Positions 48,725 to 61,950 of a stretch of 64,000 nt of DNA are shown piece by piece. The stretch's first letter is position 1; each line of letters opens with the position of its first letter. The translations under genes and the position numbers were made by a program. The notes beneath the pieces are model-generated. The model saw only the letters and a list, made by a program, of their open reading frames with translations. It had not been told where the DNA came from and did no database searches. This stretch comes from Raja brachyura (taxonomy: Eukaryota): contig OY740792.1 of NCBI GenBank assembly GCA_963514005.1, positions 21,080,001-21,144,000 on the forward strand, written 5' to 3'.

Positions 48725-51139
48725 CTGCACACATAAGATGATACATTATAAAACCAAGCTAATTTATAAACCCTAACTCAAGTTTCTTTAGAGTTACTAT
48801 AACATCCTTTATCAGCAAATGACATGAAATCACACAGTTTCATAAAAGTTGTTATTATGATAAAGTCATTAGGTTCCAGTTCTATGGGCTAACTTAATTT
48901 GCGAATTGTATTTGTTCTAAGATCTGAAATAAAAGAACAGCAATGTTTTAATTATCAATATAACTATTAATTATTTTATCATTCGTGTTACTACCCCTTT
49001 CTTAATTTAGAATTACATTTTCTTTCCTCCAGCAGTGGTATTCATGAAGGTGAGAGATGAACTGCAGAATGGAACATTTCTACTTTGCACATCATGACAA
49101 CATTAAGTGCTTCCTGACAATTTATTTATAGTGTTGGTCAGATGAAATGCTAATCTTTTCCTTGGCAATGTGGCTAACTCCCAGTCTCAGAACTACACTT
49201 TTCCTTTGCCAAGGAGTATATATTTTTTCCACTTCTGAAACTGACTATACTCATTAGCTTTGTGAAGATGTCAGATTAATGGAAAATTCAATTCTAAGTT
49301 ATCTCAGAAGAGATGCTTATAGGAAATTTGGACATTCTTCCACTGATAGCATTTAGTCCATTTATAATAATTAATATAACATCAAATGGGATACATGGCC
49401 AAATTCACAAGAATTGTTCCTGGCAAACAAGAGTCATAAATTTACTGCTTAAATATCTGGTTTGGCTGTTAGTTCTAGAGGCAAGTATACAGCATTACCA
49501 CCTCTTAATCTTTTATTCATCCTACCTTCTTTTATGCCTTCCTTGTCACGCAACCGATCACGAGTGTGCTCTGTGTCAAATAGAACAAAAGCAATGATTA
49601 GTATGCATTCATCTTTGAAAGATACTAAAAAAAGAAATCAGAATTAATTATTGATCCTATTATTTTGGAGAGGCAGGGAGAGGCAAGAAAGTAGCAGCAA
49701 TAGGGAATCCAGAAAAGGTGGATCATATATAAATGTCCAAGCATTTTTTTCCCTCCACAACAAAAATGTATCTGTTCCTAGTCAGCTGTCATTCAACGCG
49801 ACAACTTGTCTTGCTGTTGTCTGGGAAAACCTATGGTAGTAGGTCACAGACAGAAGACAAAGAGGATACAGGGAGACATTATAGTTGCAAGGTCAACAGT
49901 GAGACCAGATGAGAGATACTGCATCTTTGATAAGACCAGGGATGCAAGATACTACGGTTGAAGTCATGGTCTGAAAGGAAACTGGGAGCCATTAGATCAC
50001 AGTGTGAAGTTGCAGGGGAACAGTTGATGGTCGGCCAGTTGTTTCGATTGTGGGGACAAAAGCTGTGTTATAAGACTGCAGTATGATACTGACATATATC
50101 CTGTTATGAGCAGCAGAGAAACAGTTGATGCTGGGGCAATGAAAAGTAAGTTATGCTTTGGGGAAATTATTTTAGTGGTGGAGTAACAAGGCACTTGTGC
50201 CCCTGCTGGTTCACAATCAGTGCAAGAAAAGCATTCATTTGTCTTCCCTTCTGCTTCTGTCTAGCCTGAAACTTGATCCATGCAAATAAATGTTAAGTTG
50301 GGAAAATGTGAAGAGAATTATCAATCAAGAGAATCATGAGTGTTTATTTATCTCTGCATTGGATATGAACTGGAACAATGAGTCTTACTTGCTGCAACAA
50401 CCACAACAACAGTAAGTAAACAATAAATTGTCCGTTATTCTAAGTAAACCAAGCCAAAACCAAAGTAGCTAGAGCAACCATAGTATTTCAAAGTCTATAG
50501 TGGTTCGGTGCTGAGGTAAGGGTTGTGGCTAGCGATGTGTTGGATGGTTAAAGAACCTCATGGTTGATGGTATGAAATTATTCTTGAATCTGGAGGGAAT
50601 TCTTAGATTCCTGTATCTTCATCTTGATGATAGCAGTGCTAAAAGAACATGGCTTAAGTGGTGTGGGTCGCTGATGATATTAGCTTCCTTCTTCAGGCAG
50701 CACATCTTATAGATGTCAATGTCAATGTCAATGTCAATGGTGGAAATATGAGGCACATGCCCTTATTAAAATGTTAAAATTACATATCTGTTTCCGGCAA
50801 ATGGCTGATTTTTCCACCCACCAACTTATTATAAGGACAAATGACTATGATGGAGATGAATTTCTGTGGATTTCTGATTTTTGCTATTGTAACCATCATT
50901 CTGTCCCCTGCATTCCTGCTCATTGATTGGGAGTTAAACTGATTAATCTAAAATGGAACACCTTTCCAATAATTAATGCAGACACTAAAATGTTGGATCC
51001 CATTAAGGTAAAGCAGCAGGTTCATATTTTTCCGGAATACTTTCCTCGTTTAATTTGTCTGGAAGAATCAGTTGGTAAGTCAATATTCTTTCAGTATTTC
51101 CTTTATTTCTTCCCATAAGATAGAGTTTGCATCATGGTT

Positions 51140-51354
51140 ATAGACAATAGACAATAGGTGCAGGAATAGGCCATCTGGCCCTTCGAGCCAGTACCGCCAT
51201 TCATTGTGATCATGGCTGACCATCCACAATCAGTACCCCATTCCTGCCTTCGCCCCATATGCCTTAACTCTGCTATCTTTAAGATCTCCATCTAACTCTC
51301 TCTTGAAGCATCCAGAGAATTGGCCTCCACTGCCTTCTGAGGCAAAGAATTCCA
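51140..51354 (-). mobile_element. CR1 3' end
   Basis: (tagacaa)n tail at left, CR1 3' UTR and FKRELD remnant. Confidence 0.8.
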
Positions 51355-52177
51355 CTGATGTTTGGCAGATGCAGTATAATATAGATAAATGTGACGTTAT
51401 CCACTTTGGTGGCAAAAACAAGGGGGAAGATTATTATCTCAATGGGGTTAGATTAGGTAAGGGGGAGGTGCAGTGAGACCTGGACGTCCTTGTACACCAG
51501 TCACTGAAAGTTGGTGTGCAGGTACAGCAGGCAGTGAGGAAAGCTAATGGAATGTTGGCCTTCATAACAAGAGGATTTCAGTGTAGGAGTAAAGAGGTTC
51601 TTCTGCAGTTGTATAGGGCTCTGGTGAGACCACATCTGGAGTATTGCATACAGTTTTGGTCTCCTAATTTGAGGAACGACATCCTTGTGATTGAGGCAGT
51701 GCATCGTAGGTTCACAAGATTGATCCCTGGGATGGCGGGACTGTCATATGAGGAAAGATTGAAAAGACTAGGCTTGTATTCACTGGAGTTTAGAAGGATG
51801 AGGGGCTATCTTATAGAAACATATAAAATTATAAAAGGACTGGACAAGCTAGATGCAGGAAAAATATTACCAATGTTGGGCGAGTCCAGAACCAGGGGCC
51901 ACAGTCTTAGGATAAAGGGGAGGCCATTTAAGACTGAGATGAGAAAAAACGTTTTCACCCACGAGTTGTGAATTTGTGGAATTCCCTGCCACAGAGGGCA
52001 GTGGAGGCCAAGTCACTGGATGGATTTAAGAGAGAGTTAGATAGAGCTCTAGGGGCTAGTGGAATCAAGGTATATGGGGAGAAGGCTGGCACGGGTTATT
52101 GATTGGGGACGATCAGCCATGATCATAATGAAGGGCCAAATGGCCTCCTCCTGCACCTATTTTCTATGTTTCTATGT
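51355..52177 (+). mobile_element. CR1 3' portion of ORF2 with 3' UTR
   Basis: ORF 51516..51971 KANGMLAFITRG..LVRPHLEYCIQFWSP..TRGHSLRIKG; ctatgtttctatg tail. Confidence 0.92.
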
Positions 52178-52492
52178 AACATGTTATCGTAATAAGAACA
52201 CTTTTAAAAAAATGTTTAGAGATGGCAATTTTTTGGGGTTAGCTTGGGTTATAACTGATCATTTGGGTTATAACTGATTGTCTCTATGTATGTTAGACAA
52301 TAAATGCTGGAGAAACTCAGCAGGTGAGGCAGCATCTATGGAGAAAAGGAGTAGGCGATGTTTCGGGTCAAAACCCTTCTTCAGACTGACCTCTGTATGG
52401 TAAATCTGATCTATTTGAATAGCATGCAAAACAAAGCTTTTCACTGTATCTCGGTACATGTGACAATAATAACTGTAAATCTATCACTGTAC

Positions 52493-52573
52493 CTGGTTTA
52501 CTTGTAATAACAGGTTTTGGTGATGAACTTTTCCCAGGATGGACATCTGCACTGTTTGAAGCTGACTGGCCAC
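52493..52573 (-). CDS. 81-nt phase-1 exon (GGQSASNSADVHPGKSSSPKPVITSKP)
   Basis: Acceptor attgtttcag|GT, donor CCAG|gtacag, open frame. Confidence 0.68.
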
Positions 52574-53559
52574 CTGAAACAATTATCGATAATCTTATCA
52601 GGAATTGTAGTTCATTTTGTAGGCACACCATTAAAGATGGGTCGAGCTACACAGCCATGGTATGCACACTGATTCTAAGTTTATTAAGAATCGCTCGGTT
52701 CTTATCTTTGTATAGATAAAAGAGCTCAGTTTGACATTAACGGTGCATTTGACCATGTGTGGCACCAAATAGTCCGAGTAAAATTGTCTATTGACTAGAG
52801 TCATCCCAAGCACAAAGTGAGATGCTTGTGGTTGATGTAGATCAATCATCTCAGCCCCAAAACACTTTGACAGAAATTCCCCAAATCAGACTCCACATTC
52901 CTCAGATGCTTCATCGATTACCTTCCATTCAATATATGTCAGAAGTGGGACCATTCACTGATGACTGCACAACATTCAGTAGCATTCACAACTGTCTAGG
53001 TTGCAAGAAACAAAACCTCAAATCTGCAATCACACTATAACAATCTCCAGTAAAAGAGTGAGACTAATTACCTTTCCACGACAATTAATGACACTAGTGT
53101 TTCAGATACCTAACAAACCAAGTCCCATGGGTTCAGTGTTTACTAGAAACATGATTGGAGAAGTGTCAAATATGTGCAAGAGAATTATTCTCCACTTTCC
53201 TGGACAAGTAAACGCAAAAGAGTGTAGACCCATCCTAATAAAACAAGCCCACTTGATTGGCATTCCATTCATCAAGCTAGTATTCGCTCAATCCAGCAAT
53301 GCCACAACATGGATGCTAGGTGCTCCATTTATAAAATGGACTGCTTCACCTCCCAAGCCCACCAATCCACAAGCTGGAAGAAGAAGTGCACCATCATTCA
53401 CAAATTGCCTTCCAAATGAAACATCCATCAGACATGGATATACCATCTTTGCCACCAAATCAAGTTGTAACTTCTTACACGATAGCACTAAGGACCTATC
53501 CGAATATCAGAGAGAGTATTAGCATGAAATAGAGGTACACTTTTCAAAGGGATGCTGAA

Positions 53560-54336
53560 TGCTGAGGTTGACATTGATGTTCTGTAGTGGTACACATACC
53601 CCGGCATGCATTGATGGCACTAAAGTAGAGATGGTTGTAAGTTTCAAATTGCTAGTAGTAAATATCAGCAGCATCTTGTGCTGGACCACCCATATCAAAG
53701 CAATGGGCAAGAAAGTACACCAACACCTCTACTTCCTGAGAATGTTTAGGAATGTTTGGCATGTCCCAACAACTCTCATCAACTTCTACTGATGCACTGT
53801 AGAAAGCATTTTATCGGGATGCATCACAGCTAGGTTTGGGAACAACTCCATGCAAAACCCGCACAAAAATGCAGAGAATTGTAGTCGCAGTCCAGACCAT
53901 CACACAAACTAACCTCCCATCCATTCATTCCATTTACTCTTCACACTGCCTCGGTAAGGCCATCAGCATAATCAAGGATGAACTCACCCCGGTCACTGCC
54001 TCTTCTTCCCTCACCCATCAAGCCAGAGGTATAGAAGTGGGAAAATGGACGCCTCCAGATTCAGAGACGGTTCCTTCCCAGCTGCTATCAGGTAACTGAA
54101 CCATTCTATCAACAACCAGAGAGCAGGTCCGTGCTACTATCTACCACATTGGAGACCCTCAACCATCTTTAATCTGACTTTACTGGACTTTATCATGCAC
54201 TAAACTTTATACCCTTTATCATGTGTCTGTATTGGCTCGATTGTAATCATGTGTTGTCTTTCCGCTGACTGGTTAGCACGCAACATACGCTTTTCACTGT
54301 ATCTCAATACATGTGACAATAAACTAAACTAAACTC
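53560..54336 (+). mobile_element. Rex1/Babar-clade LINE 3' fragment
   Basis: GTKVEMVVSFKLL...KKVHQHLYFLR...LINFY*CTVESILSGCITA remnants; aataaactaaactaaact tail. Confidence 0.8.
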
Positions 54337-55232
54337 ACTATGCCGTCTGCTATATAAATAAAATATGTCTGTATAATAAAAATAATAAATAAAATATAAA
54401 TAAAATGTGTCTCTGTTTTTCAACCTCTACACAACCTAGCAATTTTAGCACTTATCTAGATGCAAGGACATTTTAATGGAATATGAACAGTGAATCCAGC
54501 CTGCTATAATAATGGAGCATGGGCAGGATATCCTTCTTAATATCATGGTTGGTACAATGGTGGTAATAGATATGGAGTAACAAAACAGAAGTGAGACATA
54601 TCAATGATAATTTCATGACTCATCTATCAATTTAAAAAGTGAGGTTTATTTCCATTTGATTAGAATACATAAAACATAACAATCTTGTTCTTGAAGCGCC
54701 AGAGAAAATCACTGCATTAAAATCCCATTTGTAATTACGTCCAAGTAAATCATTATTTATTTATACCTTTTTTTATGGAAGATATTAGTCAGCAGAGGAA
54801 ATTAAACCATGAATTGGAAGAACAATGTTATTTTATGAACTAAGATATAGTACTTAATGCAAACTGAAAACTGATAGATAATTTGTAAAGTACAAGTTTG
54901 TAAAAGTTAAAAAAATCACAACTACAAATCTTCCAGTAAATATAGAAAATGTGGTATTCATGACAATGTTGTCGCATTTTCAACTTCCCCTTTAAAAAGT
55001 TGAATATTGTATGCGTTACATACATCTGTGAAGACTCAATGATATAAAGGGCCTATTAGGTATGTAATTCTCAACATGAACTTCTGAATTATTTACCTGA
55101 ATATTAATAATGAAATTAATAATTACAATACCTAAATATTCAGCCCATGAGTGCAGAGAATAAACTCACCTAATACCTGTATGACAATATACAAAGAATA
55201 CAAGGAGATTGATATTTTGAATTATTACGTAC

Positions 55233-55301
55233 CTATGACTGCTTTTGTAATAAGATCAGGCTTTTCGGGTAAATGTAGTGTCCAGTTTGTTCTGTTGTTT
55301 A
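55233..55301 (-). CDS. 69-nt phase-1 exon (VNNRTNWTLHLPEKPDLITKAVI), two N-glycosylation sequons
   Basis: Acceptor ttcattccatttctag|TA, donor ATAG|gtacgt, open frame. Confidence 0.6.
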
Positions 55302-55757
55302 CTAGAAATGGAATGAAATTTCTCAGAAATACATCACAACTTCATATAAATATATTAAAGTACAGATTAGCAGTGCATAGCTTGTGGCTTAGTCACTAGC
55401 TTTGGAGGTTATCAATATAAGCGTGTAACAATTGGAGAACCAATACAAAGAAAACCACATTTGTTCCCGCTGCTACTGATATTTTTCTCTTTGCAGTACC
55501 TGTTGTATATGTCTATGGCTTGATTGTACTCATGTATGGTAGGATTTGACTGGATATCTCAGTACATTTGACCATAATAAGCTAATACCAGTAAGAAACG
55601 AGAGATTAAACAATTTTGTTTTACTATCAAAAATATTTATATTTATGGTGACATGGTGCACCGCAGTATATTAAATTGGAATGCAATTGATTATCAGAAC
55701 TTAAAACACAAATATTAATCTGAGGAATATTTTTTCCCCCAGAGTAGAAAGACTTAC

Positions 55758-55820
55758 CTGAACTAGATGCACCCAATCCCTTTACTTTTTTCAATCCTTT
55801 ATTATTATGATTATTTATTT
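55758..55820 (-). CDS. 63-nt phase-1 exon (EINNHNNKGLKKVKGLGASSS); 70 nt with phase-0 entry if the acceptor at 55827 is used
   Basis: Consensus donor TCAG|gtaagt. Acceptor region tttctttcag|ctaacag|AA; both options give the same reading frame. Confidence 0.6.
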
Positions 55821-57920
55821 CTGTTAGCTGAAAGAAATACAAATTACCATGAATTGTCTTTCTCAGTTTTCAGGTTCTGCTAGCAACTTATATGTCACCA
55901 TATGTTAATGGCATAGGGAAAATGCATTGAAGAAATTCACTGAGATTTTTTTGGATTATTTATATTTCCGATACATTTGATTCTCTTCCTGATTCTCTTT
56001 CAAAATTCTACCTAATTTAATATGATATACTTAATTATTTTTCAGTGGAATGCCAAATGTAAGTAAAATCATTTAAAAGTTAAAGACAAACAAAGACTGA
56101 TCTGAACTGAAGATGAATTAAGATTAAAAGGAACAGTAATAGAGAAACGCAGGAAAGTAGGAATAAAAGGAGCAACAATCTGTCTGGAACTCAGCATGTA
56201 GAGGAACATCTGTAATGGAGATGGAACATCTGTGATGGAGATGAATGGTCGACATTTCAGCTCAAAACCCTGCAAGCGGAATAAAAGGTCCTGCTGGAAG
56301 TAGTTGCAGATTGCTTCATTTTCAGAAGAGCTGGGAATGGAATTGAACAATGTACAAAAATCAGCTTCATTACTGACACATGATGGAGGTAGGTCAATGA
56401 CTATACTCTCTGAAGGAAGTTACTTTTTTGACATGGAACTAGAATTAGTGGGATATTACAAAACTTGTTTGTATTCTCTATTGTTCTGTATTTTTTCTTC
56501 GTATTCTCTATTGTTCTGTATTCTCATTCTAATAAAAGAGTATGTTCGTTATTATTAGCTGGTCTAGACTGGATTTTCAATTGTGTCAATGTGAAATGAA
56601 CAGGAAAATGTCCATGTTTGTTAGTTCTCGGACTAGCAAAATACCAAGAATCCATGTTATAAATCAAGAAATAATTTTGAAACCATTTAAATGCAGAATT
56701 AGATTAATTCCTGCACACCATTTTTTTTTTGCACAAGATTCCCGAATGACAACCTTTTGGCTTTATAAAGAAGGAGATCATGCTGGAAATGTAATACAGT
56801 TAATGAGAATTGAAGGTAGAAAAAATATGGACAACCTTAATGCTGCCCAATCCCTTTGTCACGGAACATAGATCAACTCTCCACTTTTCATAATGCCAAC
56901 AGCCAAAAATTAATTGGTCCAGTGAAAATCTAAAGCAGCAACTGCTGCTGGAGACATATAAAAACAATCCAAGTTGATGGAACTATTTCACAGCTGCTGG
57001 TAATCAAACAGTTGCAGGTGGCAAGTTGACAACGCAGCATATTCCAATGTGCAATCTGATCTGTTATTCTATCTGTATAAGTGTATCAGTTTGATTAAGT
57101 CAGTTTGCAGCTTGATTCTAGATTAAATAGAATACGTAGCTATGGACCCGATTTGAAAAACACAACATGCAGAATTAATGCATATAACTATGTAATCAAC
57201 AATGAAACATTGAGAACTTAAATTAGAAATAAAAATGATCCAGATACGTGTTCGCTCACTTGCTGTCACTGGTAGAAGAATTGAAAATAGGTGAGCACTT
57301 CAGTTTATGAATAACAAAATTCAGATTTCATTATTCTTGGCTTCAATTTCTAACTGTGGTACATGAAAGAGTACAGCTTTATTTTATTACAATATTATTA
57401 GTAAATTGTGTGCAGCTATCTGCAGCCTTCAATTATGTAGATAATGGCCTCTAACTATTATATCTGTTCAATGACAGTGCAGATTATAAAATATAGGTAG
57501 AGCACAAACCTATTGCAACCAAATCCAATCCAAGTTGTACCAAAAGCTCACAGCCATTAAAATAGTCATAGCAGATCAACCTACTTCCATGTTCCTTCAC
57601 AAACAATGATACGTTACTTCCGTTCTGCTTCACTCCACAAAATATCTAAACTGGTTTCCACTTTTTACTGACCATTTCGAGGTTCAAGATCAACTCTTGA
57701 TTTCCCACACATCGCTAAAGGGCTAAACAAACAAAAACATCTTCCAACTGCCCAGAACATTACTGTTCAAGTGTAGATGTCCATTCATTGTGCATTAGTG
57801 GACAGAGGAGATGGTGCTGGCCCCACAGTCAGATATTCAGCTGGGGACAGGGGCTGTATCATGTTCTACAAACATGCAATTTTTTCCTACCTTCACGAGA
57901 ACAGCAACCAGTAGATATAC

Positions 57921-58020
57921 TGAAGAAGGGTCTGAAGAAGGGTCTCGACCCGAAACATCGCCTATGTCCTTCGTTCCTTAGATGCTGCTGCACCCGCTGA
58001 GTTTCTCCAGCTTTTTGTGT
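57921..58020 (+). mobile_element. Short Penelope-type insertion with hammerhead-like motif
   Basis: TSD aaccagtagatatac / aaccagtaaatatac (57906-20, 58021-35); gggtctgaagaagggtctcgacccgaaacatc. Confidence 0.72.
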
Positions 58021-58394
58021 AACCAGTAAATATACGTTCCCTTAATTCTAGAACTTCCAACAATTGAATTTCAAAACCTATCACCACCTTCAACTACCCC
58101 ACAGTCTCCACTCCAACATGTTTGCTGCATATAAAAGTCAAGACAGGGTGATTAATTGTCACCAAATCAAATGAAATATTACTGTTGTGTAGTCAATTAC
58201 TTTGTGAGATTAACCAGATTCAGTGTACCTCTGCCAGTCAGTCACTTATGACCAGCCACCACTAATCCATAAAATATGCATAGAAATATAAATTCCCCTT
58301 CCCCATGAGAACCTGATATGCCAGGAAGAAGAAGAATGGAATAGCATCCAAAACGAATGGAGCATCGGCAGAGATCTACAGATGTACATGCAAT

Positions 58395-59455
58395 GTTCAT
58401 AATTTTTAGGAGCAGAATTAGTCCATTTGGCCAATCAAGTCTTCTCCGCCATTCAATCATGGCAGATCTATCTTTCCCTCTCATCCCTATTCTCCTGCGG
58501 TCACCCCGTAACCCCTGACACCCTTACTAATCAAGAGTTGACCTCTGCAGCGGTCTGTGGCAATGAATTCCACTGATTCACCATCCTCAGACTAAAGAAT
58601 TCCTTCTCATCTCCTTTCTAAAGGTATGTCCTTTTATTCTGAGGCTATTGCCCCTGATCCTAGACTCTCCCACTAATGGAAACATCCTCTCCACATCCAC
58701 TCTATCCAGGTGTCTTTCACTATTCAATATGTTTTAATGACGTCCCCACTCTCCCCACTCTTCCTTCCAAACTCCAGTAAGTACAAGCTCAGTGCCTTCA
58801 AATGCTCATAATATGTAACCCAATTATTCTTGGGATCATTCTTGTAAACCTCCTCTGGACCCTCTCCAATGCCAGCACATCCTTCCTCAGATATGGGGCC
58901 CAAACCTGCTCACAATACTCCAAATGTGGACTGTCCAGTGCCTTGTAAAGCATCAGCATTACATCCCTGTAGCCCAAAATAAACTTTAGCATTGCATTTG
59001 CCTTCCTTACTACCTTCTACTTGCAAATTAACCTTTTAGGATTCCTGCATTAGCACTCCCAAGTCGCTTTGCACCTCCAATTTCTGAATTCTCTCCCCAT
59101 TTAGAAAATAGTTTATGCCTATATTCCTACTACCAAGATGCATGACTCCACACTTTGCTATGCTGTATTCCATCTGCCACCGCTCAGCCCACTCTCCCAA
59201 CCTGTTCAAGTCTTTCTGCAGAGTCCCTGCTTTCTCTGTGCTATCTGCTCCTCCACCTATCTATGTATCATCTGCATACTTGGCCGCAAAGCCTTCAATT
59301 CCCTCATCCAAATCATTTATATACACCGTAAAGAGTAGAGGCCCGAGTACGTACCCTTGCGGAACACCGCTAGTCACTGGTAGCCAATCAGAAAAAGCCC
59401 CCTTTATTGCCACTCTCTGCCTTCTGCCATTCAGCCAACCTGCTATCAATGCACT
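58395..59455 (-). mobile_element. CR1 LINE 3' fragment
   Basis: SGVPQGYVLGPLLFTVYINDL..KYADDT and PHLEYCEQVWAPYLRKD on minus. Confidence 0.88.
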
Positions 59456-60374
59456 AACTATGAGCGTTTATTAGTGCAGATCCTAGTTATTTCAGAGGAG
59501 AAAAAAAAATCCAAATATAAATAAATCTTAACTCATTTCTTTCTTGTCAGGAAAGCTTTGGCATAGCAGCCGTTCAGCTGCCTCCTCTGCATTATAAGAG
59601 AGTGGAGGAGATTACAAGGCCTCCTGTCCAACGGAAACAGCTGTAAAATAAATAACTAGAAAATCTGTTGTAATGATCCTGGTTTGCATAAATGTTGGCC
59701 AGGAAGATTTTTGAAAAGTGAATTCCCGTCTGTCTAAGTTGTCCTCATTTTTGCTTCTCATCTAAAAGATAGCTTCTCTTTAAATGAAATACTCTATGTT
59801 GCACTGAAGCATCAGAGCGGACAACACATTCACGTCTCAGAAAACCATCACTGGGCCAAGGTTAACAACAGTCATGAGTGATGTCAGAAAACAGGTAACC
59901 TCAGTAACACATGAAACTTTACACAAATTTCTCAAATTGAGTAAACTTAACACTTTACTCAAGATTTATGGAGAGTCAATTCACAAACTATTGAGCTGAT
60001 GACTCTGCATTTGATATACACAGTCAAAAGCATTCAAGAAACACTCTGGACAGATTGACAGGAGGAGGAAGAAACTGTTGGGTGGCAGTTAATTTCTTTG
60101 AGATGGTTCTATTATGGGTCTCAGGATGTTACACTGCATTAATGGCAGAATATAGAGGTAAACTGCTGTTGTTACATCAGTCCAAAATTGTCAGGTATCT
60201 TGACATCCAAGAGATTCTGATTCTGTCCTCAATCGATGCACAATGCATACGTTAAGTCATATCTCATATTGTCCACGAACAGTACAAAGCAGGTCGTAAA
60301 CACTTTTATGCATCTTTACCATATTTTTGTTGTTATTTTCTTTCCCTTAGTTGTTTTTGTTTTGCTTCTGTTAC

Positions 60375-60458
60375 CATCCTCTTGTGCCTCATTGTATTGT
60401 CCTTTCAATGAGTGATGTTCGGTAGCATGATGTGATGACAAGTATTGGTTATGGCTTT
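60375..60458 (-). CDS. Tentative further phase-1 exon (ESHNQYLSSHHATEHHSLKGQYNEAQED)
   Basis: Open 84-nt frame between ctaaaag| and GATG|gtaaca. Weak acceptor and no clear homology to the family. Confidence 0.25.
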
Positions 60459-61079
60459 CTTTTAGACAGCTGATGCATGGAAAGCACTCTTCCCCATTTT
60501 ATTTCTACTCCCAAATATTAATTCCTTCCTTAAACGCTAAATCCCATCATGTCCTGTCAACTTACATTTTACAATAATTTGCTTTTCATATTCCTTATTC
60601 TATCATTTCTTCTCACTCTTCCCATTTAAACTAAGCAGGTAAAGCAAAGTGCCAATATACCAGTAGATAGGTAGGTGGTACAGATCATGCATGTCCTGCA
60701 AATTGAGAGGGAGGAGATTTTAAAGGAGATCTCTAAATTTGAGTACAAGAGTCAGAAAGCCATTTAGCAGCTTCATAACATTTTGCTTTGGCTGCATTTT
60801 TTGGACTGTGTGTAGTTCTGGTTGCTCCCTTACAGGGAGGATATGGAGGTTTTGAAGTGCATGCAGACCAGGATGCTATCTAGATCGGAGAATATTAGCA
60901 ATAAGGTGAGATTAAACAATCTTGGATTCATTTCTCTGAAATGACGGAGGTTGAGGGGAGACCTGATAGTTGTATATACAATTATAAGTGGCACAAGTAG
61001 GGTTGAGCTTATGGGACTTGATATTCCAATCCCTACTATAATTGGCACCTTCTTCATATCTTGAGTGGGAGTAGGGGTA

Positions 61080-61950
61080 AAGACTTCATTGGGGTCATGA
61101 GGTGGGCACCCTCCTTCCTTGGTGTTTTGTTGATAGGCCCACGACACCTCCACAGGGCTCAACAGCAACACCTGGTGTCCCAGGTGCACCCCCTCCATTT
61201 TACCCCTCTTGCTGGTCATTTTGTAGCCCAGTTGGAGTCCTTCCTCTTCAGCTACAGCCAGTTGCTGCTTTGCTCGGCAGCCTCTGACAGCGATCTGACG
61301 GCTTGCTGGAAGGCCTGTCCTCGAACTCCCATCCCCTCAGGAGTCTGGTTGTTGACATGGCTACAAACCTTCTGCAACCAACCTCTACAGGGAGCACCTG
61401 GGTACGCCAGCCGCGTTGTTCTGCCTCGGCTGCTAAGTCTGAATACTTCAGACATTTGCGTTCATGCGCTTCACCAACTGCAGCCTCCCAAGGCACAGTT
61501 AACTCCACGATGTACAGGGATTTCTGTCAGGTTGACCACAAGATCAGGTGCATGTGATGGATCTTCGCCAAACCACTGGTTTAGGTTCTTGGGTGTGGGA
61601 AGAATATCGTAGGTGGCCCTGAAGATGAAGCTAAGAAGGCTTCCTTTCATCTCCCACGGATCCTTCCAGGTGATCCTACGATGCTCCATGTTTTCCCAGG
61701 TAGTCCACTGGCCCTGTTTGGACTGTGAGACTGCCTTTGCGCATCTCTCTGCCTCCTCTTGCTGACGGACCTCAGCGACTACCAGCTTTCTTATCTGGGT
61801 GGATATTGCCTTGTGCCATGTGGGTCGACTTGTCCCGAGTCCAATCCCACCTCTTCCCTGCTGCACCTGTCCTACAATGTCTGCATGCCTGAGAGCAGAT
61901 TTTGCTTGCTCTACAGCCTCTGATGCGTCAGGACCTTGCGTCAGGGCTGA
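61080..61950 (-). mobile_element. 3' fragment of an RLE-encoding (HERO-like) non-LTR retrotransposon
   Basis: DIVGQVQQGRGGIG..QGQWTTW..SFIFRATYDILPTPKNLNQW..PDLVV, then ELTVPWE..EAHERKCLKY..PVEVGCR..AEQSSNWL across frameshifts. Confidence 0.75.

Noticed and set aside
50982-59642. Two possible plus-strand exons (50982-51074 ending TTG|gtaagt; 59551-59642 after tttcttgtcag)
   Set aside because: Phases are incompatible, each has one weak splice site and neither peptide is recognisable. A nested plus-strand gene is unsupported.
1830-60458. Naming the gene CD44, PTPRC, EMCN or a MUC gene
   Set aside because: Only low-complexity stalk exons are present, with no diagnostic domain or recognisable sequence.
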